34,538 bases of DNA, from the NCBI GenBank assembly GCA_035519355.1, contig DATIWM010000050.1, forward strand, positions 1-34,538, written 5' to 3'. Below are positions 15,718 through 24,400 of this stretch, one piece after another (the first letter of the stretch is position 1; each line of letters opens with the position of its first letter). The position numbers were made by a program, and so were the translations under genes. The stretch comes from Thermoanaerobaculia bacterium (GTDB taxonomy: Bacteria; Acidobacteriota; Thermoanaerobaculia; UBA5066). Under the pieces are notes generated by a model. That model saw only the letters and a list, made by a program, of their open reading frames with translations. It did not search any database and was not told the origin of the DNA.

Positions 15718-15918
15718 GTGATCCACGTGGTCGACCTGACCTTCGACGAAACCCGCTACCTCATCCACGTTCTCTCCCAGGCCCGGAAGGATCTCCTCCA
15801 CGAGATTCATCACGTGGCGACGCACGACTTCAGGGACCGGCTCAGGAAGGAGCTCGAGATGAACGAGCGCCTGGACACGAAGCTCCTCCCGGCCGAGCCC
15901 GAGAAGAAATCCGCCTGA
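15718..15918 (+). CDS. small His-rich hypothetical protein (66 aa)
   Basis: GTG start preceded by GAAAGG. GC3 is high. The sequence looks helical with HEIHHVATHDF. No recognised family. Confidence 0.45.
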   Translation: MIHVVDLTFDETRYLIHVLSQARKDLLHEIHHVATHDFRDRLRKELEMNERLDTKLLPAEPEKKSA

Positions 15919-15940
15919 CCGGCCCTCCCGCCGCGCCCCG

Positions 15941-16870
15941 TCAGTAGAACTCGACGCCGGTGGCGGCCGTCGTGATGAGGGTGCCGGCCTCGCCGAGGAC
16001 GATGCGCCCGACGTCGGCGAGGGCCCCGATCGCGGCCGTCTTCCCGGTGGCGACGGCGAACTCGACCGCGGACTCGACCTTGGGGCCCATCGAGCCCGCC
16101 GCGAACGGCCAGGCCGCAAGGGCGGCGGGGTGGGCCCGGCGAATGCCCCGCTGGGCCGGCGTCCCCCAGTCGACGTAGACGGCGTCGGCATCGGTCGCCA
16201 TGACGAAGAGGTCGCACTCCAGCTCCCGCGCCATCAGCGCGCCGGCGCGGTCCTTGTCGACCACGGCCTCCACGCCGTGGAGCTTGCCGTCCTTCCCGTA
16301 CATCGTCGGGATGCCGCCGCCCCCCGCACAGATGACGATGCACCCCTTCTCGAGGAGCCACCGGACGGGCCGCGTCTGGAAGATCCGCTTCGGCTTCGGC
16401 GACGGGACGACGCGCCGGAAGCCCGCCCCGTCCGGAGCGACCGTCCACCCCTTCTCCGCGGTGAGCCGGTCGGCTTCCTCCCTCGTGTAGACGGGACCGA
16501 TCGGCTTGTCGGGACTCGCCCAGGCCGGGTCGGCCGGATCGACCTCGGTCATCGAGAGGAGCGTCGCGAAGGGCTGCTCGAACGGGAGGATGTTGCCGAG
16601 CTCCTGCTCGATCATGTAGCCGATCATCCCCTCCGTCTCCGCGCCGAGGACGTCGAGCGGGTAGATCTCCGCCTTCGAGTAGGCGGCCCCCTGCAGCGCG
16701 AGAAGGCCCACCTGCGGGCCGTTGCCATGGCTGACGATGAGCTGGTGGTCCCGCCCGATCGGCGCGAGCGTCCGGGCGGCGATCTGGACGTTCCTCCGCT
16801 GGTTCTCGGCCGTCAGCGGCTCCCCGCGTTTCAGGAGAGCGTTGCCGCCCAGAGCCACCAGGATGCGCAT
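15941..16870 (-). CDS. arcC: carbamate kinase
   Basis: 309 aa starting [45 protein letters not shown] and KDRAGALMA are carbamate kinase / amino-acid kinase motifs. The 650-aa track ORF is this gene plus a shadow frame. Confidence 0.9.
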   Translation of the reverse strand: MRILVALGGNALLKRGEPLTAENQRRNVQIAARTLAPIGRDHQLIVSHGNGPQVGLLALQGAAYSKAEIYPLDVLGAETEGMIGYMIEQELGNILPFEQPFATLLSMTEVDPADPAWASPDKPIGPVYTREEADRLTAEKGWTVAPDGAGFRRVVPSPKPKRIFQTRPVRWLLEKGCIVICAGGGGIPTMYGKDGKLHGVEAVVDKDRAGALMARELECDLFVMATDADAVYVDWGTPAQRGIRRAHPAALAAWPFAAGSMGPKVESAVEFAVATGKTAAIGALADVGRIVLGEAGTLITTAATGVEFY

Positions 16871-17868
16871 CAGGACAGCGTCGCCACGAGGAGAGCCTTG
16901 ATCGTGTGCATCCGGTTCTCGGCCTGGTCGAAGACGGCGGAGGCGGGCGACTCGAAGACGTCGTCCGTCACCTCGAGCCCGTCGAGCCCGTACGTCCGGA
17001 AGAGTTCTTCGCCCCGGGTCGTCTCGCGGTTGTGGAACGCCGGGAGACAGTGAAGAAACTTCGCCCGCGGGTTTCGCGTGGCCGCCATCAGCTTCGCGTT
17101 GACCTGGTATTTCTTCAGGAGGCGGATCCGCTCGGCCCACCTCGCCGCCGGCTCCCCGAGGGAGACCCAGACGTCCGTGTAGAGGAAATCGCACCCCTTC
17201 ACGCCCTTTTTCGGGTCTTCCGTGACCGTGATCGAAGCGCCGGAGCCCGCCGCGAGGGCCCGCGCGCGGGCCAGGGCCGGCTCCTCCGGGAAGAGCGCTT
17301 TCGGCCCGCAGAGGCGCACGTCCATCCCGAGGAGGGCGCCCGAAAGGAGGAGCGAGCCGGCGACGTTGTTCCGCGCGTCGCCGAGGAACGCGAACGACAC
17401 CTTCCGAAGCGGTTTGTCGGCGTGCTCCTCCATGGTCAGGATGTCGGCCAGTACCTGGGTCGGATGCGACGCGTCGGTCAGGCCGTTGTACACCGGGACG
17501 CCCGCGTACTTCGCCAGGATCTCGACGCTCTCCTGCGAGAAGCCCCGGTATTCGATGGCGTCGTACATCCGGCCGAGGACCCGGGCCGTGTCCTTCATCG
17601 ATTCCTTGTGCCCGATCTGGGATCCGGACGGGTCGAGGTACGTCACCCCCATCCCCTGGTCGTAGGCGGCCACCTCGAAGGCGCAGCGGGTCCGGGTGGA
17701 GGTCTTCTCGAAGACGATGCAGATGTTCCTTCCGCGGAGGCGGGGCCGCTCGGTCCCGGCGCGCTTCGCGCGCTTCAGCTCGCGGGCGAGGTCGAGCAGG
17801 AAGCGGAACTCGGCCGCCGAGAGGTCGGTGACGTCCAGCAGGCTGCGGTTTTTCAGGTTGACGGCCAT
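16870..17868 (-). CDS. argF: ornithine carbamoyltransferase
   Basis: 332 aa from ATG 17868. It has [37 protein letters not shown] and [21 protein letters not shown], closely resembling E. coli ArgI/ArgF. Its stop overlaps the arcC ATG by 1 nt (TGATG). Confidence 0.9.
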   Translation of the reverse strand: MAVNLKNRSLLDVTDLSAAEFRFLLDLARELKRAKRAGTERPRLRGRNICIVFEKTSTRTRCAFEVAAYDQGMGVTYLDPSGSQIGHKESMKDTARVLGRMYDAIEYRGFSQESVEILAKYAGVPVYNGLTDASHPTQVLADILTMEEHADKPLRKVSFAFLGDARNNVAGSLLLSGALLGMDVRLCGPKALFPEEPALARARALAAGSGASITVTEDPKKGVKGCDFLYTDVWVSLGEPAARWAERIRLLKKYQVNAKLMAATRNPRAKFLHCLPAFHNRETTRGEELFRTYGLDGLEVTDDVFESPASAVFDQAENRMHTIKALLVATLS

Positions 17869-17996
17869 TCGGATCTCCTTCGGACTGCCCCATTGTGCCC
17901 CGGTCGGCGCGCGCCGGCGATCTCGCGTCCCGGTGACGGGAAGCACGCGGCCCGGCCGCGCGCGGCTCCTATACTGGGCGGGCCGGAAAGATCCCG

Positions 17997-18434
17997 ATGA
18001 GCCGTGCCGTCGCGACCTACCCCGTGGAGGTCCCCCGGATCGCCCGCTTCCTGGGCCTGGCGGCGCTCTTCCTCCTCGCGGCCGCCGGCCTCGCCCTGCT
18101 CGTCCTCGCCCTGTCGAGCCCCACGTCGCCGGCGTGGCTTCTCGCCTTCGCGCTGGCCTGGCTCGCGGGCACCTGTCTCCTCGGAATGCAGTTTCTCTCC
18201 TTCCCCACGCGCGCCGAGCTCGGCGGAGACGGCGTCCTCCGGTTCGTCTGCCCCACCCGGATCGTGAAGGTCCCCCTCTCGACCATCCGCGCGATCCGGC
18301 CGGGGCCGATCGGCTTCCTGCTCGTCGTGCACGACCGGGGCACGCTGCGGCTGCCGGGGCGCCCGACCGGTCTCGAGGACCTCGTCACGCGCGTCCGCGC
18401 CGCCTCGACGCGCGCCGTGGTCGTGGGGCTCTGA
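17997..18434 (+). CDS. membrane protein with C-terminal soluble (bPH-like?) domain
   Basis: 145 aa with two TM helices followed by [32 protein letters not shown] -10-like hexamer is at 17969-17974. Confidence 0.55.
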   Translation: MSRAVATYPVEVPRIARFLGLAALFLLAAAGLALLVLALSSPTSPAWLLAFALAWLAGTCLLGMQFLSFPTRAELGGDGVLRFVCPTRIVKVPLSTIRAIRPGPIGFLLVVHDRGTLRLPGRPTGLEDLVTRVRAASTRAVVVGL

Positions 18435-18464
18435 AGGCGCCCGGACCGGGGATAGACTTCCGCC

Positions 18465-19124
18465 ATGACGATGTTCTTTTCCGTGAAGAAGCTGGAGCTC
18501 CCGTCCCCCGAGGAGGCGCTTCCCGGCCGCGCCGAGCCACTGGTCGTCCCCGCGAGGCATTTCGTGAACGGACACCCCCTCGTCCCGCCCTTTCCGGACG
18601 GGCTCGCGCGGGCCGTGTTCGGCATGGGGTGCTTCTGGGGCGCCGAGCGGGCCTTCTGGCCGCTTCCCGGCGTCTTCACGACGGCGGTCGGCTACGCCGG
18701 AGGCCACACGCGGAACCCGACGTACCGCGAGGTCTGCACGGGAAGGACGGGACACGCCGAAGTCGTCCTCGCGGTCTTCGACCCCGCGGCCGTGAGCTAC
18801 GAGGAGCTGCTCCGCGTCTTCTGGGAAGGGCACGACCCGACCCAGGGAATGCGGCAGGGAAACGACGCCGGGACGCAATACCGCTCGGTGATCCACGCGT
18901 TCGACGAGGCGCAGCTCCGCGCCGCCGGGGCGAGCCGCGAGGCCTTCCAGAAGGTGCTCTCCCGGGCCGGCTGGGGCGCGATCACGACCGAAATCCGCCT
19001 GGCCCCGCCCTTCTACTACGCCGAGGAGGACCACCAGCAGTACCTCGCGAAGAACCCCGGCGGTTACTGCGGCCACGGGGGGACGGGGCTCTCCTGCCCC
19101 GTCGGGGTCGCGAAGGCGCGCTGA
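18465..19124 (+). CDS. msrA: peptide-methionine (S)-S-oxide reductase
   Basis: 219 aa with the GCFWGAE active-site motif, [26 protein letters not shown] and [13 protein letters not shown]. Confidence 0.92.
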   Translation: MTMFFSVKKLELPSPEEALPGRAEPLVVPARHFVNGHPLVPPFPDGLARAVFGMGCFWGAERAFWPLPGVFTTAVGYAGGHTRNPTYREVCTGRTGHAEVVLAVFDPAAVSYEELLRVFWEGHDPTQGMRQGNDAGTQYRSVIHAFDEAQLRAAGASREAFQKVLSRAGWGAITTEIRLAPPFYYAEEDHQQYLAKNPGGYCGHGGTGLSCPVGVAKAR

Positions 19125-19159
19125 CGCCCGGAGGGAGTCCGCGCCCTTAGAATGCGCGT

Positions 19160-19780
19160 ATGAAGCGCGCCCTCACGGTCTCCCTCGCCGCCGCCCTTCT
19201 CGCCGCCGCTCCGGCCGGCGCCCAGTCGCCCGGCAACCCGACGCTCTTCGAGCGTTACGCACAAAAGCTCCAGAACAACCCCGCCCTGGGGAAGCTGGTC
19301 GAGGCGCCTCCCGGGGGGATCGAGAAGCTGAAGTGGATGGTCGGGACGTGGGACGCGACGTCGCGCCGCTACGCCACGCCTTCCCTCCCCGAGCGGGTGC
19401 AGAAGGGAACCCGGAAGACGAGCTACGAGCTGAAGGGCTGGTGGCTCGCCTCGATCGACGACATCGGCGACCTGAAGGCGGCCTCGCTCATCACCGAGGA
19501 CCCCTACTCCCAGAAGCTTGCCCGCCTGTTCCTGAGCAGCTGGGGGGGAGGCCTCGCCCGTCCGATGATCTCTTCGAGCGGACTGCAGGACGGGAACGTC
19601 GCCTTCGAGGGGGCGATCGTCCTCTTCGGCGACGCGGTGAACGTCCGCCTCCGGATCTCGAAGGCCGACGAGAACACCTACTACGAGGTCTGGGAGGAGA
19701 AGGTCCTCGAGGACCAGATCGTCCCCATCTTCGAGGTGAAGCTGACGCGCCAGAAGCCGAAGCCCGCGCCGGCGAAATGA
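19160..19780 (+). CDS. secreted hypothetical protein (DUF1579-like?)
   Basis: Signal peptide MKRALTVSLAAALLAAAPAGAQ. WMVGTWDATS is reminiscent of DUF1579-type proteins. The family assignment is weak. Confidence 0.55.
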   Translation: MKRALTVSLAAALLAAAPAGAQSPGNPTLFERYAQKLQNNPALGKLVEAPPGGIEKLKWMVGTWDATSRRYATPSLPERVQKGTRKTSYELKGWWLASIDDIGDLKAASLITEDPYSQKLARLFLSSWGGGLARPMISSSGLQDGNVAFEGAIVLFGDAVNVRLRISKADENTYYEVWEEKVLEDQIVPIFEVKLTRQKPKPAPAK

Positions 19781-19822
19781 CGCCGGGCGGATAATCGGAC
19801 GGCCGCCCCGGGAGGTGCGCCG

Positions 19823-20197
19823 ATGCTGAAGCTGGCCGGTTTTCTCCTCGTCGTGGCGGGGACGCTCGCGGGCGTCGCCCTCATCCTCGGCCCCTTCGCC
19901 GCCCTCGGATTCACGCCCGGGCTCGCCACGTGGCTCCTCTTCCCCTTCGGCGTCCTCGCCGGACTTCTCCTGATGGCGCTCGGGGTCGAGCGCGAGAGCC
20001 TGCCGACGGTCCTCCACGCCGCGGGCGGCATCCTCCTCGCCCTCGCCGGGGCGGCCGCGATCTTCCTCGTCCTGCCGGCGTTCGGAGCGCTCGGCTCGTC
20101 CGGGGGCGTGGCCTCGATCTGGTTCGTCCTGGTCGTCGCCACGATCCTCGGCACACTCTTTCTCGTCACGACCGGAAAGGGCGCCCTGAAGGTCTAG
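19823..20197 (+). CDS. small integral membrane protein
   Basis: GGGAGG lies upstream. 124 aa with four hydrophobic helices. Confidence 0.6.
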   Translation: MLKLAGFLLVVAGTLAGVALILGPFAALGFTPGLATWLLFPFGVLAGLLLMALGVERESLPTVLHAAGGILLALAGAAAIFLVLPAFGALGSSGGVASIWFVLVVATILGTLFLVTTGKGALKV

Positions 20198-20212
20198 GCG
20201 GAGCCGCGACCC

Positions 20213-20782
20213 GTGACGGACCCCCGGACGCTGGCGTCCTTCCTCTCGGGCCGGGTCACCGTCCGGGTGGGCGACCTGACGCGCGAGGACGCGGACGCGG
20301 TCGTCAACGCGGCGAACTCGTCGCTCCTCGGGGGCGGCGGCGTGGACGGCGCCCTCCACCGCGCGGCGGGGCCGGCGCTTCTCGAAGCCTGCCGCGAGGT
20401 CCGGCGAACGCGTTTCCCCGACGGCCTTGCGGCCGGCGAAGCGGTCGCCACGCCCGGAGGGAATCTCCCGGCTCGATTCGTCATCCACACCGTGGGTCCG
20501 GTCTGGGGCCAGCACGCGGGGCGGGAGAGGGAGCTTCTCGCCTCCTGCTATTCGAGGTCCCTCGCGATCGCGGCCGCAAGCGAGCTCGCGACGATCGCGT
20601 TTCCCGCCATCTCGACGGGAGTCTTCGGTTTTCCGCGCGAGGGGGCGGCTTCGATCGCCTCGATGGCGATCACGGAGTTCCTTTCGCGGCAGAGTCTCCC
20701 CCGGGAGGTCCGGCTGGTCTTCTTCTCCGAGGAGGACGCCCGGGTCTTCCTGGCGAACCATCGCTTCGAGGCGGGCGCCTGA
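20213..20782 (+). CDS. macrodomain protein (O-acetyl-ADP-ribose deacetylase, YmdB-like)
   Basis: VGDLTREDADAVVNAANSSLLGGGGVDGALHRAAGP and FPAISTGVFGFP are canonical macrodomain motifs. GTG start at 20213. Confidence 0.88.
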   Translation: MTDPRTLASFLSGRVTVRVGDLTREDADAVVNAANSSLLGGGGVDGALHRAAGPALLEACREVRRTRFPDGLAAGEAVATPGGNLPARFVIHTVGPVWGQHAGRERELLASCYSRSLAIAAASELATIAFPAISTGVFGFPREGAASIASMAITEFLSRQSLPREVRLVFFSEEDARVFLANHRFEAGA

Positions 20783-21358
20783 ATGAGGGCCGCCGGCCCT
20801 CTCGTCCGGTGCGGCTGGGCCCGGACCGAGCTGTCCATTCCCTATCACGATGCCGAGTGGGGCGTGCCGCAGCACGACGACCGCGTCCTCTTCGAGTTCC
20901 TGATTCTCGAAGGGGCGCAGGCCGGGCTGTCGTGGGAGACGATCCTGAAGAAGCGCGACCGCTACCGCGAGGTCACCGACGGCTTCGACCCGGAGAAGGT
21001 CGCCCGCTGGGGCGCCCGGAAACGCGCCGCCCTCCTCGCGGACGCCGGCATCGTCCGGAACCGCCTCAAGGTCGCCGCCGCCATGACGAACGCGCAGGCG
21101 TTCCTGAACGTGCAGGGAGAGTTCGGCCGCTTCGACTGGTACGTCTGGCGCTTCGTCGGCGGGAGGCCGAAAGTGAATCGCTGGACGTCCCCGGGCCAGG
21201 TCCCCGCGACGACGCCCGAGTCCGACGCGCTGTCCAGGGACCTGAAGAAACGCGGCTTCACCTTCGTCGGCTCGACGATCATGTACGCCTTCATGCAGGC
21301 GGTCGGGATGGTGAACGACCACATGGAGAAGTGTTTCCGGTGGAACGAGATCCGCTGA
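20783..21358 (+). CDS. tag: DNA-3-methyladenine glycosylase I
   Basis: RCGWA...YHDAEWGVPQHDDRVLFEFLILEGAQAGLSWETILKKR is the Tag signature. The ATG directly abuts the macrodomain stop (TGAATG). Confidence 0.9.
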   Translation: MRAAGPLVRCGWARTELSIPYHDAEWGVPQHDDRVLFEFLILEGAQAGLSWETILKKRDRYREVTDGFDPEKVARWGARKRAALLADAGIVRNRLKVAAAMTNAQAFLNVQGEFGRFDWYVWRFVGGRPKVNRWTSPGQVPATTPESDALSRDLKKRGFTFVGSTIMYAFMQAVGMVNDHMEKCFRWNEIR

Positions 21359-21368
21359 CTGCCCTCTA

Positions 21369-21397
21369 TTGACTTACGTCTGACTTACGACTACCGT
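21369..21397 (+). promoter_or_regulatory. candidate sigma70-type promoter with embedded direct repeats upstream of dnaE2
   Basis: TTGACT (21369-21374), a 17-nt spacer, then TACCGT (21392-21397, fits TAnnnT). TGACTTACG occurs at 21370-21378 and 21381-21389, with a degenerate GACTACCG at 21389-21396. The ATG is only about 10 nt after the -10 and has no SD. Confidence 0.4.
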
Positions 21398-21407
21398 TTC
21401 AGGCCCC

Positions 21408-24400
21408 ATGGGAGAGGGCTCGGAGCGGTTCGGACCTCCCTCGCGCGACCTCTTCGTCGCCGGAGGGACACGCGAGTACCTCTCGCCCGGGGCGCGGAAG
21501 GAGAGGCTCCGGAAACGGAGCTTCGCGGCGGCGGCGGCGAAGGGACCGCGCTACGCGGAGCTGAGGTGCGCCTCGGCCTTCTCGTTCCTGAACGGCTCCT
21601 CCCTTCCGGAAGACCTCGTCGAGCGGGCGGCGGCGCTCGGCCTCGCGGCCGTCGCCCTCGTCGACGCGAACGGCCTCTCGGGCGCCCCGCGCTTCTGGAA
21701 GGCCGCCCGGGCGGCGGGGCTCAAGGCGCTCGTCGGGGCGGAGGTCACTCTTTCATTCGAAGCACAGCGGCGCGCAGCGCCGCTGCGGGGTTCTTCTCTT
21801 CTCCCGGGTCCCCTGGGCCTCGTTCCGCCGCCCTTGCCGCCCGGCACACCCCCCGCGCGGCTGACGCTGCTGGCCGAGAGCCGGACCGGTTATCGCAATC
21901 TCTGCCGGCTCCTTTCGGCCGGAGCGCTGGGAAAGCCGAAGGGCGAAGCGTCCGTGACGTGGGAGCAGGTGGCGGCGCACGCCGAAGGGCTCCACGTCCT
22001 GACCGGCGGCGAGGAGAGCCCGGTCCACCGCGCGCTCGCCTCGCGTCTCCCTTCCGCCGCGCGACGGCTCCTCGCGAAGCTCGCCGGACTCTTCCCGGGC
22101 CGTCTCCACGTGGAGCTTCAGCGCCACGGCCTCCGCGAGGAGGAGCACGCGAATCGCGCGCTCGTCGATCTCGCCGAAGCGCTCAGGCTCCCCCTTCTCG
22201 CCACGAACGGCGTCCGTTATGCGAAACCGGAGGGGAAGGAGCTTCACGACGCTCTCTCCTCCCTCCGCTTCCACACGACGCTCGACGGCGCGGGAGCCCG
22301 TCTTCATTCCCATCGCGAGCGGCACCTGAAGGGCGCGGAGGAGATGGCGCGCCTCTTCGCCGACCTCCCCGGGGCGCTCGGACACGCGGCGGATCTCGCC
22401 GGGCGGCTCGACTTCACGCTGGCCGACCTCGGCTACCGCTTCCCCGACTACCCGCTCCCGCCGGGCGAGACCCCCGCGTCGTACCTCCGCCGCGCGACGT
22501 GGGAGGGGGCGCGCGTCCGTTTCCGGCCGCTCACCGGGCGGGCGCAGGCCCAGCTCGAGAAGGAGCTGAACCTCATCGAGAAGCTCGACCTCGCGGGCTA
22601 CTTCCTCATCGTCCGGGACGTCGTGCAGTTCTGCCAGCGGGAGAAGATCCTCGTGCAGGGGCGCGGTTCGGCCGCCAACAGCGCCGTCTGCTACGCCCTC
22701 TCCATCACGGCCGTCGACCCCGTGAAGATGGAGCTCCTCTTCGAGCGCTTCCTCTCGGAAGAGCGGGGCGAGTGGCCCGACATCGACCTCGACCTCCCCT
22801 CGGGCGACCAGCGGGAGAAGGTGATCCAGTACGTCTACGGCCGGTACGGCCCGCACGGCGCCGGGATGACGGCGAACGTCATCACCTACCGCGACCGCTC
22901 GGCCGCGCGCGAGATGGCGAAGGTGCTCGGCTTTTCGGGCGAGCAGGTTGACGTCCTGGCGAAGGTATTGGGAAGTTGGAGCTTCGGCGAATACAGGGAT
23001 GCGAATCGCGATGTTCTCAAGGAACTCGCAGACGCGGGCTTCGATGCCGAGGATCCGCGAGTTGGTCACTTCGCGCGGCTCTTCGCGAGCGTCCAGAACC
23101 TGCCGCGTCACCTCGGACAGCACTCGGGAGGGATCGTCGTGGCGCAGGGACGGCTGGACGAGGTCGTCCCGCTCGAGCCCGCGGCGATGGAGGGGCGCGT
23201 CGTCATCCAGTGGGACAAGGACGACTGCGCCGACCTCGGCATCGTGAAGGTGGACCTCCTCGGCCTCGGGATGCTCAGCGCGATCGAGCGGATGATCCCG
23301 ATGATCCGGACGCACGAGGGGGTCGACGTCGACCTCGCGCACCTCCCGCCCGACGACCCGGCCGTCTACCGGATGCTGAACGAGGCCGACACCGTCGGCG
23401 TCTTCCAGGTCGAGAGCCGCGCGCAGATGGCGTCCCTTCCGCGCAACGCGCCGTTCTGTTTCTACGACCTCGTCATCCAGGTCGCCATCATCCGCCCCGG
23501 CCCGATCGTGGGCGGGATGGTCCATCCCTTCTTCGACCGGCGGCAGGGGCGCGCGCCGGTCACCTATCCGCATCCCTCGCTCGAGCCGATCCTGAAGAGG
23601 ACGCTCGGCATCCCGCTCTTCCAGGAGCAGCTCCTCCGGATCGCCATGGTGGCCGCCGGCTTCACGGGGGGCGAGGCCGAGGAGCTGCGCCGCGCCATGG
23701 GCTTCAAGCGCTCGGCCGAGCGGATGGCCGTCATCGAGAAGCGGCTCCGCGACGGGATGACGGCGCGCGGCATCACGGGCGAGGCGCAGGAGCAGATCGT
23801 GAAGTCGATCACCTCCTTCGCTCTCTACGGCTTTCCCGAGTCGCACGCCGCCAGCTTCGCCCTCATCGCCTACGCGAGCGCGTGGCTGCGGGCGCACCAC
23901 CCGGCCGCCTTCCTCACGGGACTCCTCAACGCCTGGCCGATGGGCTTCTACCACCCCGCCACGCTCGTGAAGGACGCCGAGCGACACGGCGTGACGGTGC
24001 TCCCGATCGACGTCGGCTTCTCGGGATGGGAATGCCGAATAGAGAGGAGGCCGGAGATTTCTTCGAAAGGGGGCCCGGACGGCGGAGTGCCTCGCGACGC
24101 ACGCGCGTGCTGTCTGAGCGAAGCGAGTTCACGCGCGAAGGAGCGAGGTACCCCGCCGGCCGAGGGCTCTCCCCTAGCCGTCCGTCTCGGGCTTCGATTC
24201 CTCAAGGGACTTCGTGAGGAATCCGGAAGAACCCTCGAGCGCGAATCCGCCCGGAGGCCGTTCGCCGACGTGGCCGATCTCGCGCGCCGCGGCGCGCTCC
24301 GGCCGGACGAGCTGGACCGCCTCGCCTGGGCCGGGGCGCTCTCGTCGCTCGGCCTGACCCGCCGCGAGGCGATGTGGCAGGTGGCCGAGATCGGCCGTCG

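Noticed and set aside
15941-17893. A 650-aa ORF that looks like a large fusion protein spanning the carbamate kinase and OTC region.
   Set aside because: Only the C-terminal 309 aa (from [16 protein letters not shown] at 16870) look like a real protein, carbamate kinase. The N-terminal 340 aa are an Arg/Gly/Pro shadow of the OTC gene, which is read in a different frame (16870..17868).
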